DNA of 61,210 nucleotides, filler included, from Platydemus manokwari (GCA_037951405.1; 4 parts of 4 records of this genome joined end to end with filler, not necessarily neighbours in it); one strand, 5' to 3'; shown: positions 12,201-25,873, counted from the whole stretch's first letter. Notes: generated from the sequence alone by a model not told the origin. Made by a program: numbers and translations.

Positions 12201-15200
12201 ATCTCCCAGAATGACATCCATTTGTGGAGGTGGCATATTTTGAAATGCGATATCTAAATATAGTATAGTTCAATTCATGGAAAAGTCCAATCGGTTAACA
12301 AAAGGCTGGTCATGGTGGTTATGAGAAATAATTAGAAATATTGAAATGTACGAGCATAAATAATCGAATTATTAACATCAAATTTAATCAATACTTAACT
12401 CTGGCTTTAGATATTAAAAGGAAAGATTTTATTCAATATTCTGAGAAATTCTTCTCCAATGCCACCGATCATTCAAATCATCAACGAACCTCTTTTTGTA
12501 AATATAAATCTCCTTCTTCGATTGTTCCCATTATCAATAATCACGCTCATCACTTCTTTCGCAGTTTTCTATTTCTCTATTGAAGATCATTAACGAAATC
12601 AAACAGTTATGATAAAATTGTGCCGATTTATTTTGATAGGTCAATGAAAAATTCGATGATAGATTGATGATGATAAAGTTGAACAGGATTGCTCAAGACT
12701 CTATAGGTTGTTGAAACCAGAGATGTGAGAGAATATCTCGATAAACGTTGACTATGAAATGACAATAACAGAAACCAATATACTGGTCTTTATTGTATTA
12801 CAAGCTAATTATTTCTTTTGCCTTGAAGCTACGATCGAGTGACCCATTCCCTAATTTCTGTTATACTTGCTAAGTGCATTCTTTTTTGAGCATCATATCA
12901 TCTGTAATTTCTCTATAATTTTCTAGTCTGCAATATCTACCCTAACTACTTACTAATCGGCTCATTAGATAGTCTTCTCAGCATCAATATTCTATCGTTT
13001 CAAATCGCATAATCTATGTTACAGGGCAAGATCAATGCTTCTTCATCAACATCATATATATTTTATTTTATTATATTATTTTCATGAATAAATCAAGATC
13101 ACATTGTTAATGTATCGATTATTAATAATAGAAATCTCGGATTAAGGGAAATATATCGATTTTGTCTTTTGAATTTAGATTAATGTCGAAAATTATACAT
13201 CTAAAATAAACCAATCATTATTTTAAATAAAATTCAATTAGATCAATAATATTTTTCAAAAAATCAATAATTACGTGAATGTTTTAAATAAAATTGATAA
13301 AATTCGATTCATTAAATTAAGGATAACATAACTGATATTTCTAAAAATATTATTTTATCATTCAAATCAAATAATAGATCCCATAATCCCCCATCCCTTC
13401 CTTCTCAAAATATTGTGATCCAAAAATGGGAACATAAGGAAAGGGTTTGATCTGCTTACAATCATGGAAACCATTTATCTTTACGGTTTAAACGTTATAT
13501 TTGTTTTAAGCATATAATTCAGATTTTGTTTTTGTGCAGACATCAAAGGTGGGCATGAGTGACTTCATGTTCAAGCAGCACAACCAATCTTCGATTCGCG
13601 GTTGGATTTATGTGTAGATAAATAAATGAGTAAAAACTAAATTACACAAATTAAATAAACAAAAAATCGGCCTTAAGAGTAACGAAAATTGTAATATTAC
13701 GATCATCATAACCGATGAATGAGTGACAGTCGAACAATACAATTGATATCAACCAAGTTCAATTTAATATTTTATTCAAGCAAAACGAACAAGTGGCCCC
13801 AAACACACCACCTCGCCCTCCGATAATATCTCATTGCTTTGTCATCTTTAGAAAACAAATATCATTGAATGTAAACCTCAGCATTGAAACAACTAGATGC
13901 AGAAATTTATAGATTCAATGGACAGTGCTTTGATTAGGATTACTTACCTACTAGTGTTATCTTCATAGATTTTCTTATGAACCCCGCTTTGTTCTTGACG
14001 ACACAAGTAATATTGGATAGATGGAAACTGTTATTAACAGAGATCCAAATTTGAACTGCCTTATTCGGATATGATTTCAAAAATTGCGGAACTCCTTTTG
14101 GCAATGGTGAATAGATGTTGTCAGATGTTGTTCCGGGAACATTTATATACTGAAATATAAATGTTTTGATATTAAAATGTTATTTGAAACAGTTTTGTGA
14201 TGTGAAAATTATAATCGGCAATTAATGAAACAAAAACTAAGGATCATTCTAATTGGACAAACCAAACGAAGTGGATTATGATAATTATTTGCGAATGGCA
14301 TGGTGTTATAATTACCAGTATATCAAATTAATTTAGATGCAATGTTTGACTAGAGTACTGTGATGCCTGAAGATATGTTGCGCAATCAATTGCGGTATAT
14401 ACTCATTGTTACTCATTTCTATCTAATGATATTAATTATAAATATTTATTTCACAAAGCAGAACATAGTAACATTGTGAGTGTGATCCACTGTAATATTC
14501 GAATCTTTCTTTGCATATTGATCAAGATATCATAGAATTTTGAAATTCACCCTGTATTTGTGTGTGTTATGTTTTCCTATAGTCCAATTGGAGAAAACAT
14601 TCGCATTTTTTTAAAAAATTATATTCAGTTATCTTCCATACAATCCCTTCTGTTATCATTTTAGTTGTTCATTAGATTATAGCTAAAATTTATCACACCA
14701 CTGCATTTATTTTGCCATCAATTGTTAATGTCGTTATTAAATCTCTGGATGATTCAGGTGATTTGTTAAACGAATCGAGGAACAGTGTGTATGGATATAT
14801 AAACATATTTATCCTTGTAATTATTAATTGAGGTCAAATTAACAACTTACTTCAGCTGTAATCCCACTAATGTTAGTAAGACGACCAGATAATATTTCCA
14901 GAACAGTTATTTGATTCTTCGGAACTTTATACGGCAGGAATTCAATCCATGCATACCAAGGTTGATCTGGTTTTTGTCGAGGATAGCATTGAATAAAGAT
15001 ATTAGCTTCGGTTATGGTGACAACCATATTTTCCGGGAAATCGGACAAAACGAGAGGCGGTTCTGAAAAAATCAATTTATTTTGGATTATAATTATAAAT
15101 ATATTATTATTGTTATTATTATAATAACTATTATTATCACTATCATTATTTTTTGTCATTATTATTATAATATTATTATTATTAACATCAATTGTATCTC

Positions 15201-18200
15201 GATTATAATATTAACATCTGTAATTCATAAAATCAGATGATGTTGATTGTTTTTCAAACGTGATTGATTTGACAGGCAAGTAGTCAGAAAACTTGCACAA
15301 ACTAATAGCTATAATCCCACCAATCATCTTGGCAATTTGTTCAATAAAACTGATTCGCTGCGATAATCTTTAGTAACTAATCTTATTTCTAGTGTTCATA
15401 TTTCAGTGACCTGTTCACCAATACCACCAACAGAACCACCACCTCTACCAAATAAACAGGTGCAACGTTAAATATATGGTTCTTAAAAACGCCATTTGTT
15501 GATAAACTTCTATCCACCAATAACATGTCTCAAAACGACAACAAGAGTACACAATAACAACAAACTCGTCTGTAATTGTAATATTGTGCAAATTGGTAAT
15601 TCAACATGCTCTCCTCATTCAACGAATTCAACACCACCTATCTTTCAAATATAAACGACCACAAAAACTATATCCATGGAAATCTCAATGTTATTAATCG
15701 GTGTCAGGAATTGTGTATCACATGACGGGACTGTGTGTCTGTGTGCTTGACGTTATTTGTCTTTATTTGTGACCTTGCTCAATCATTTCATTAATGCCTT
15801 GGCTGACTGACTGATACACACACAGATATTTAACCATTAAACAATACACGCGCACACACAGATAGAAGAAATCTCGCACAAATATCGTCACCATCATCAT
15901 GTGTAATGCTGTCAGAGAAATGCCATCTCGGTATCGGTAATAATAATTGACTGTTCACCAATGTTTGGATTTTATTTACAACAAATTACAGCAATATTTT
16001 CACTGATAAAAACCACACGTAGAATGGATCGGATGAGGAAATGCCAAGTCAACCCGATGCCGGAATTCATGATGATATATGGAATGAACTGAACAATGCG
16101 AATCGAATTCAATTATTATTTATTGAATTCTATCAAACACTGCATGTCTTGATTGTCATAACAACACTCTGAACGATCACAGACGAGGTCATCGAATTTG
16201 TTTACAAATAACATTTGGAATCAATAAATAAAATAAAACATGAACGTCGATTGCATATTCAATAAGTACACTACTTATGGAATCCAAGAGCGCGATCTCT
16301 CAGACTTGGCATCATTTATCTTATCGATTAATAAATCATTTCACTAAGCAGGTTACACACTATTTTGTTGCTTTTTCACTTCAAATTTTGAAGGAATCAT
16401 GTTTGTGGAATTCAATTGGCTGATTAAATATTGAATATCGGATAACTGATTTCTTTCGTATTTATTTTTCTTGAATCATGAAAATATTCCTTAAATGTAG
16501 TATAAGTTAGAATTAACACCACATCAGGTCGTTTTGTCGGTTTTATTATTATGTGAGAAGCTCGTTAGAAAACAATTCAATGATATAATGTTTTATAATT
16601 TCGAAAAATCACCATAAACATGCATACCATCTTTCATTGAATGCGGTTTTTGTCAGCAGCTATCGTGGAAAATTGATAGAAAAAGTACACCGCTTACCAG
16701 TTTTAAAACAAAAATCGAGTATTCTATGAAGGAAAAATCGATTATTGAAGTTAGAAAACTTAATTTTAACGATTAAAAATAGATTTATCTGTTATAAAAA
16801 TCGCAAGAGCCTTCAATAAAATCAAGGTTAAATGAAGGAAAACATAAAAAAACAATATAAGTTTGCCCATGAAGAATCACACAAGAACACACATAATTGG
16901 CCATGCAGTATGATTGGGAGAAAAAACCTGGAATAAAAGTGGGGAATAAATCAATTACAACTGTACTACTAATATCTATGCAACAATGACTGTCAATAGA
17001 CGTGATTCATTAATTGGTCTTGTTTAAAATAGAAAATCATAAATATAATTAAAGCTCAATGGCGGCTAAATATAGAAAATGATCTGGTCAAATCAGATCA
17101 AATTATTAATTAATATTATTATCATTATATATATAATCTCGTTACTTTATATATTAATAAGTTTAGTTATCCTAGATATTAGTCTAAAATAATCTGAAAA
17201 CGTGACCTCATTATGATAAGGATGTTCCTTGGGAACCATTAATTCTCGATCAATGTTCGGGATCAAATAGGGTACGGAGGTTGAGTAATTAATGAGATTA
17301 TAGTTAGGTTACTAATTACAAAACTGTTCTAGCATCTACCATCAATTAAAAATTTGATATATAATTTTTTAAACAAAACATGATTTTATGGATGATTAAG
17401 TTGTGATATGTCCCCTTCAATAATCATCATCATAATGCTCCACAAGTGATTGTAAATGAAAATTACAGAAACATTTTAATCTCACTAGCAATGTTGACGC
17501 TAAAATTGTGGGCGATCTCTTTATTCTTATAGCTAGAATAACAAGTATAGGTGCCTTGGTGGAAGTTTTTGTCGAGTTTTTGTATGGTGAACTCTCTTGT
17601 ATCAGCGCTGACTCCCTGTAAATGGCTGTCTGGTAATCGGATGGTTTTGTCGTTCTTTATCATCGTCCAAATAATCTGAATCGACATTTATTGAATCAAT
17701 CTTTTCATAGAACCCTGTTAACAAGTCATTACGTCTGTGTGTGATTCTGATATGACGTAGCATTTCAGACTTAATTTCTGTCCGTGAAGAAATATCCTAT
17801 CTTTCGGATGTCTTATTCGGAACACTCCAGCCACATAAACCAATGTACTGCATTGAGCTTTACCGTGTTGGTTTGAAGCCTCAACCCGATATTCGCCCCC
17901 ATAACGCCATTTATCGCCGATCGATGACAGCTGAACAGAAACAAAGGTTTATATTTGTGAATATACGCATTAACACAGACACACATACACAATCAACAAC
18001 AAAGCATTTCAAATGCTGTATGTCATTGGCAGGCGATGATTTGATATGACTAAATGAGTGTTTGTGTGTGGACTACAATTACGGAAAGAGTATTCTTAAA
18101 GAAAAACTCAGCATTGGGTTTAACAATAGAATATTGAATGGCCAATAATAATGATCGTAATAAATATCTGAATGAAATGATCCAATGAGTCATGAATTGC

Positions 18201-20387
18201 ATAACGATTCATTAATTCTATTTCAAATAAAAGGAGATAGCTTGATCTAGTCTTGCGGAACGTTTTTTTTTTTACTTTATTATTATTATTGATTATATTA
18301 TTGTTAAATATTTATGGAAATGTAGTCGAATATGTTATTATTTTTGATTACTAATTATTATTATTAATATCATCACTGAGTTATTGCTTATTAATATTCC
18401 TAATTATTAATTATATATTTATAAAATTATTGTTTCTATTAGCACTACATATTGATTATTATTAGTTATTAATATTATCATAATTGAATTATTTATCATT
18501 ATTAATTACTAATTATTAATATTATTTTTTCTGAATTATTGATTTTTACTAATAATTATTAATATTATCATAATTGAATTATTTATTATTATTGATTACT
18601 AATTATTAATATTATCATAATCAAATTTAACTATTAATAGCATTAACTATTATAACTATTATTAACATTAAATTATTGATTATTATTAATTTTATTGATA
18701 AAGATTATGATCGAAGCGATTTGTTCAAGAGTAAGAACAATAGCATAGATAATTCAGTATGTTGTGGGAATTGATATTTTGAGTTGATCCTCTTAAATCG
18801 TATATAATAAAATGACAACAACTAATAGCGTAGCTTATGGATTTAGAAATAAACCATATAATGATAAGGGTTTTCAATGATTTGTGAAATCATTCACTCA
18901 CTGTCTTGAGTAAAATTATTAGCTTGGACAACTCGGAAGATTTTGAAGTAGCTGTACCTACTTCATTAAATACAAATACACACACACACAATTATCTTGT
19001 CAAGCGTGTATACCTCAAATATTAATCGCAAATTAATAATAACTCTGTTTCAACTAGTATGGGACAAATACGGATAATAATAATAATTGCCGTTGATTAG
19101 GATTTAACGCGTCTCCAATAATGATAAAGATGAGAATCGGGATAAAATATTGTTATATCTTTGTGATGATTCGTTGAAATGTATCGTTGAGAGGATAGGG
19201 TTAGGTGAGTGGAGTTAAATGAAATATTAGTGAGGACAATTTCAAAATCGATTTGATGCCGTTGCAATAACAATATCTATTCAAATGGACCAAATATAAG
19301 ATCAAGATTTTATCGTCAATATCAACGGGCATGTCACCATTGGATGATTATCAACACAATATCAAGCAGCTTAAGGAGAAATAATCAATAACAAAGCAGA
19401 TTTCTTATCGAATGAACTAAATTAAAATCGATGCCAATATTGTTCGATGATTACCTTACTCAAATCGATCTGTAAACTGTGTGTCACAGTGAACGGATCT
19501 TTTCGTAAGGAATTCGGTATCAAACAGTCCACAATCGGTATGGGTTCATCATCGAGATACCACACGACAGTAGCATCTGGAACACTGTTAAACGTGCATT
19601 GTATATTGACGATGCTGATATCTGATTCCAGCATTTCAGTCGAGTAGAGATCTTTGGGTTTCTTGGGAGGGTATTGTGAAATGAGTCTTGGTGCCATAGC
19701 TGGAATGGGAAAATTGATTATCATTGATAATAAGTAAACAATGGGAAAGATCCAATACACACACACTATACAACACAACTCACCGGAAATAATCACCGAG
19801 GCTGATGATTGAGCATTGTCAAGCAGTCTATTGTCAGTAGAATCACGGGATTCAGCGACACATTGATAGACACCAGCTGTCTCAATCGTTACATTAACGA
19901 TCAATGTTGTCACTCTCAATGCTGGATTTATGCCTTGTACTGAAGCCGGTCCCAAATCACGACTGTTGTGAAACCAGTTGATGGTGGGAGCTGGATATCC
20001 GGTCACCATACAGGTAATTTTGACAGCTTCTCCATAACTGGCCTGTACAAATGCAGGCAAGATTTCAATACCGAGAGTGACTGAAAAGGTTTTCCAATCT
20101 CAAATTAAGCCCATTTGAATTATGAGCCAGCACTTACCAGTCACACGCAGACTGAATGGCGTATAGTGCTGGAAATTGATTGTTTCGGATTTCACAAAAT
20201 AAAAACCCTCTTCTGCAATGTCCACGTTTCGAATGAGAAGATTTCCGAATCGTTCGTCAATCATTCGATACTTGGATCCGTTGAAATTGAGTCGTTCAGG
20301 ATTTTCCAACAATTGCGAATCGCTTTTGTACCATGTGATGCGTTCTGTGGTTGGTTTGCTGCACCATGGTAACTCAATTGAACTGCC
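3280..20387 (-). CDS. Dscam: Dscam (Down syndrome cell adhesion molecule)-like receptor, 5'-partial
   Basis: Manually spliced exons, all GT-AG and phase-consistent: 20138-20387, 19784-20080, 19455-19699, 17733-17930, 17486-17675, 14851-15062, 13948-14149, 12131-12253, 11893-12075, 11605-11753, 11390-11549, 11050-11334, 10772-10994, 8967-9121, 8605-8916, 8367-8543, 7948-8043, 7639-7893, 7214-7504, 6947-7152, 6461-6578, 6151-6400, 6015-6100, 5329-5709, 3590-3904, 3280-3530. Domain order is 7 Ig - 4 FN3 - Ig - 2 FN3 - TM (WIIISVILISIGAIFMCFILYC) - tail, matching the Dscam 9Ig-4FN-Ig-2FN layout. Conserved PYAT motif present; the protein ends KYTNNFVVV*. Signal peptide and Ig1-2 are not seen (gap at 20702). 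Confidence 0.92.
10405..10640. repeat. Degenerate ~20-bp minisatellite (CTATAAATATACCCCATAT-like) in a Dscam intron
   Basis: Recurrent ctataaatata...atat units. Confidence 0.75.
18350..18700. repeat. AT-rich degenerate tandem repeat in a Dscam intron
   Basis: Recurrent attattaatattatcataattgaattattt / gattactaattattaat units. Confidence 0.65.
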
Positions 20388-20480
20388 CTGATGATTGGAA
20401 GTCAATTAATATGTGCTGATTAAATCAATATTTCTGAGATTTGTCAACAATTATTTCATCCATTAATGCCAATATATACC

Positions 20481-20660
20481 AATGTATGTCAATATACGAT
20501 AATATATGTCAATATACGATAATATATGTCGATATACGATAATATAGGTCAATATACGATAATATATGTCGATATACGAGAATATATGTCAATATACGAT
20601 AATATATGTCGATATACGATAATATATGTCGATATACGATAATATATGTCGATATACGAA
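20481..20660. repeat. 20-bp tandem repeat (AATATATGTCRATATACGAT) x9
   Basis: Nine near-identical 20-mers directly before the assembly gap. Confidence 0.95.
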
Positions 20661-20701
20661 AATATACAGCAATATATGCAAAAATACAAATATTTGCCAA
20701 T

Positions 20702-20801
20702 NNNNNNNNNNNNNNNNNNNNNNNNNNNNNNNNNNNNNNNNNNNNTTAATTAATTAANNNNNNNNNNNNNNNNNNNNNNNNNNNNNNNNNNNNNNNNNNN
20801 N
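20702..20801. other. Assembly gap with artificial TTAATTAATTAA spacer
   Basis: 44 N + TTAATTAATTAA + 44 N; stop codons in all six frames. Confidence 0.98.
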
Positions 20802-20971
20802 TGTTTAAATGATTTGGTAAAACAAAAACTTTAAACAACTAAAAAACATGAATAACTTTTGACTCAGCCTAATATATCTGTATTATATGATCTTGAATAT
20901 AGTTATAATCCCGTTTCATTGTTATCATTCATATACAATCAAATTATTTACAACCGACTTATTAATATGTT

Positions 20972-22464
20972 ACCTATCGGATCCTTGCTGAAATCGTCAC
21001 CAGTATCGGCTTCTAACTACTCGAAAATAGTAAAGATTCAAATCATCGACCATACTTTTTTGATTTTAATCCAACCAAATCACCTAATTATTTCATAACA
21101 TAATTTTCGCATTTTTATGTCATTATCCTAATCATTTCTATTGTTAAATTTTCGATATTATTTTTGAAAAGGCAGCTGGATTTGATTTGGGAAAACAACT
21201 ATCGAATATTTATTTTTATCGAATATCAATTGTCGAATATTTAAGTTGTTATCTTATCGTTTATTATAATTATTCTTTTATCTATTTTCATAAAATCCCA
21301 CCATTTCGCCAATCTATTGCTGAGTGCTTTCTAACCGTTTAGAAGATGGTGCCAGTCATACTTGGAAACAGTTTCCCTGTCAAATACCAATGCTTCCTCC
21401 CTGAAATGGAACAATATCTCTATGATACCGAACATGACATATTGTGGCTAGGTTCATACTAAATATAATCGAAATCAGCGCATTGAGATTTTGATATTAG
21501 AGCTTATAATAATAGTATTTCTTTCGCCTTGTCATCACCAACAAGAGTTTCAATAATTTCTATAATTCTTATTGGTAAAAATTAAATTCTTTCAAACGTT
21601 ACATCTAGTGTTTTATCTGCATGTTTTCACTGTAATTATTTTTACCAATATTTTATTATAAAACTTTTACTCGATCTTATCCATGGAGATTAGGAGCGAA
21701 CATTATTTGTCATTATTGCAATAAAGGATTGAAATCTAAATTAAACTTTCGATAAATATTTACAATTTAAACCATCGACATCAATACGAATTCCGGTTGC
21801 GTTATTAAAGCATAATAATTGTAATGTTTTATTTAAGATGGTAATATAATGTTTAATTTTATCAAGGTTTTCTGACACATTTCCTGCATTAATCATCTGA
21901 ATCTGCGCATTCAATCATTAATATTTTAAATTCTATAATTTTCGCAAGGCACAAAATTAAATTCACAGTTACAAACGTCAATGTCTGAGATGAAATAATT
22001 GTTCATGAAAAAATAATCGTCATCGAAAAGCAAATATGTAATTACTAAAGCTTCTTGTATTAGATTTTGTTTATGTTTTCGCAAAGTAATTAAATGTGTT
22101 TTAACTTCAAATGCAGTTTCATACAAAAACCGGCCTTTGAAGAGCATTTTTAAAATTTCCTCAAAGCACAAATTAGGACAAAAAGACAAATTATTTAAAA
22201 ATTTATTATACATTATATATCTTTTATTCATGAAAAACATATAAGATATTTCAAGAACGAAAAATTCCTGCTTTAAAAAGTTATTCGATAAAGAAGTTTA
22301 AGTTGATAGATCAAATATTCATTTCATTACCACATTGACAAGTTTGGGATCTATGTATCCAATCTATTTAATAGATATTGATATACTTATTTTGAAAGAA
22401 AACACAAGTACCTTGTTCCTGGCACTCCTCAATAATTTCGAAGTCACTTTTTTATAAAATAACT
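20972..22464 (-). CDS. Putative multi-exon gene of unknown function (structure unresolved)
   Basis: Several GT-AG bounded, coding-like segments join in phase, e.g. LFYKKVTSKLLRSARNK|IGYIDPKLVNV|EFFVLEISY...NLIQEAL (about 22046-22464) and IQMINAGNVSENLDKIKHY... (about 21765-21902). Downstream exons could not be phased consistently. Confidence 0.4.
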
Positions 22465-24225
22465 CTAAAAATATTATATATCACTCCAATTGCTTCTAAT
22501 GTTAAAAGAAGGGGTCCTCGATAATGTTCAATTAGTTGCATTTTGACTTACTTTGACCCGTTTTTCAAATAATTAATTTTTAGGAGATTTTAAAAATCCT
22601 GTGTATATATTATTTGATTCTAAATAACTAAAATTGTGCTCAAGTACTTAAATAAAAAATTCAAAATGTTATGAAAGAATTTAATTAAATAATCTATATA
22701 GATTTTTGCAATACACTCCACAATTTCAAAATTTTATTTTAGGACCCTTTTAACTTAGCCATTTTCTCAATTATTTTTGCCATAAATAGGAAATAATATT
22801 CTCATTCTCTTTTAAATAAGTAAATAAATTTTCAAAGGAGCAAATTAATCGTTTATTATAGCAACATTGAGTACCCAAGCTCCAAAACACTGAACGCAGT
22901 AGAGTGTCGGATTCATGCAATACGCGATAATATTTATATTGAGCACGATTGCATGAGTATAAGTAATAATATTAGGATATATAATATAAGTAGCGTTTAT
23001 AATAATAAAATAAGTAAACAAGATAATATAATTAACATAAATTACTAAATCGTAAGAAAAAGAATGGGGACAATAAATATAATAGCTACACTACAAAATT
23101 AAATATAAAAGTACTGAAGATGATAAAAATAGTCGGTGAGACCGCAAATGTTAAAAAAATAATGAGCTGTGATTTTAGTGCACAACAAATTCGTATTGAT
23201 TTTGTGAGATTGGTTGGATTAACATTTTACAACGAATCTCTTAGGAGATTGATAAAAAAATGCCGATAAAGTTAGCAATAATAATGTTTCCATCATTTCC
23301 GCTTGATTGATTGAATGTAACTAATATTTAAATTCCGTTAGTGTTGCTTACGAATGATAACTGGTTAAGTCTGACATGAACATACCGATTGCAATGAATT
23401 ATGGTGCTGATGGTTCTGCTGTAAAAAGAGGATTGTTAATTCATGAAATTTCTACATAAAAGTTCCCGAAGAACATTTGACTTCTTTCCATGTATAATTC
23501 CATACATATAATTCATATAATCCTCGAAACGTTCAAATCTAGCTTACTATCATTAGTTAATCTCCGTACCACCATATTTATGTTTATTTCTTGTTTTTAA
23601 TAACGAATAGAGTTTGATCATAATTGAATTTATCCTTTTTATATACGTGGGAAAATTGTTAACTGAGCACTTTCAAATATGTGCTACATTTACAATTGTT
23701 CTAAGCAACTTTTAGTCTTTATGCTAAACCAAGAGCGTCGAATCTTAATTTTCGCTTATTTTTACATTTATAATAGTTTGTCTTTGCGATTATTATAATA
23801 TATAATCACGTTACTTTCAGGCTTTATTGATTTCATTGTTTTACTAAGCTTAATATTATTTGATACCATTACTGCCTTAATCAGTTTATATGAGCTCTTG
23901 ATTAAGGCCACAGGTGTAATTTACCTTATATTAATCTTCCTTCGCCTCACTCAGCCTTGTTGTGTGAAGACAATAGGTGTGACAGTAATGATATACTTTA
24001 ATTAGGTTAATTAAAAGTCTCAAGTTATTTAAACCTACTTAAACTATTAACTATGTTTATAACAATGATTACTAATAATGATTTTACGATCCCTATATGA
24101 TTAAGAACTAAAATTGCTGTTACAAATATTTGTTAATAATTAATATTGATACGAAAACTGGTTAACCAAAATAACATAAAAATTATAAATAAATTTTAAA
24201 ACTACACTTTACATCAAATTATGCT

Positions 24226-25031
24226 TATAACGGGGCTTACAACTCCTGGATTAGGATGACGGTTGATAAACATCACACTCTTGGAGCAAAACCAATTACC
24301 CTTAAGATCTTTGAGCAAAAAAGTCAATAATAGGAATAAAACGATAAAATATATAATACAAATCAGCATTTTACACGAATTGGTCTTATTATGGTCTTCC
24401 AGTAAAATACAGGGTATATACAGGAATATTGTTCTTCTGCAACAGATGATTTTCTACTGTGCGTCGATTTGAAATTCAAATGGTGTCTTTTCCAATTGAT
24501 GTAGCGTATAACGAACTCTTAGCAAATGTGAAATTGTGGGCCATTGTGTTTGTGTGAATCACTCGCAGATATTCTATGCGATTAAATTTAATGCCAGTGA
24601 ATTTATTATTTTGTCGATAAGATTTATTCACTGGTGAGAGAAATTCTCTCCGAATATATTTATTAGACAAAGAAAATATCTATCGATTAAATTTAATTGA
24701 ATGATTATTTTATTCTGTAATGGAACTTATGTGCGCGAAAATAGATGACAATTTATTTGTCTCTCTTAATGCGCGATATCTTATTGCGTATTAATAAGTA
24801 ATTTATAATTTTAGGGAATTTCGACGGATTTGCTCTTGGTGATTTTATTGATATTATTATTTTACATATATTTTTAAATAATGATTAATATAAATACCAA
24901 CATTTCAAAGTAGTTTGCTCAAAAAACCGATAATTCTCAAAACATAAAAAATACATATTTATTAAATAAAAATTAATGTACATTTCATACGTATTGTCAT
25001 ATATGGTTATAAAAATGTATACAGCGTTACA
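24226..25031 (-). mobile_element. Probable solo LTR (~806 bp)
   Basis: Termini TATAACG...CGTTACA form an imperfect TG..CA inverted repeat. Internal motifs resemble those of the LTR at 55261-55959. No clean target-site duplication. Confidence 0.5.
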
Positions 25032-25873
25032 TGTAATTTTTTTCCTATGTGAATTAATTGTTGGGCCAAAACCCCAACAATAAAAACTACAAAATCACAC
25101 AAAAATTCATATTGATTACATGAGTTTATATGTATTAATCAAAATTAATTTGCCATTATGTCCACCAGAGTATATACCAAATTATTTTATTAATCTAAGT
25201 AATAATCACTTCAAATTACAGTGAGATTTTAAAGATGTGAAATTGGTTAAAAGTCAATCTTAAATATATCTGGGAAGACATAATAAGAAATCAATCTCTC
25301 AGCTTTTATAAAGTAGTTCATTGAATGTGAAACCTCTATCTGAAATTCTAAAGATTTATTATTTTATAAGTTTATTTTTAGAAAAAAATAATTACTTCAA
25401 AAATATTAATTTATAATAAATTATTATTTTGAAAGTTTACTAAATAAATTAGACAAAATTATATAACTAATGAAACAAAGAAATACAGCCATTCATTTTA
25501 CGAATTACAACAAAATACTAAATTTGATATTCCTTAAAATATGCAAAATATAATATATTAAATATCACGCAGCTCTTACCGTTTTTTATGCAAAAATTAG
25601 TCTGGAAAATTGAAAATACAAAATACTTCAAGAGATAATATTTATTATTCTAACAAAACAAACAATTAATAAAAAAAATGATCCTAATATATTTTATTGT
25701 CATCAAAGCTTTCATGATTCATAGTTTGTAGTCCATGCGTCAGAATGAAGGTATTCTTCAAGATTATAATGATTGGCGAGATTTATAACCACTCTAAGTA
25801 TTAAATCGTTAAACTAAAATTATATTTTATCCTTCCTTGTGGTGGAAAATTTACCAATGATTAAATTAACTTT

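Noticed and set aside
9122-19454. Arthropod-style arrays of mutually exclusive Dscam Ig exons in the large introns
   Set aside because: No duplicated Ig-like exons seen; the single exon set already splices in phase. The region 5' of Ig3 is not visible.
20481-20660. CRISPR-like periodicity
   Set aside because: Head-to-tail 20-mers with no unique spacers, no cas genes, eukaryotic context.
20746-20757. TTAATTAATTAA motif recurring three times
   Set aside because: Centred in N runs each time; an artificial scaffold spacer.
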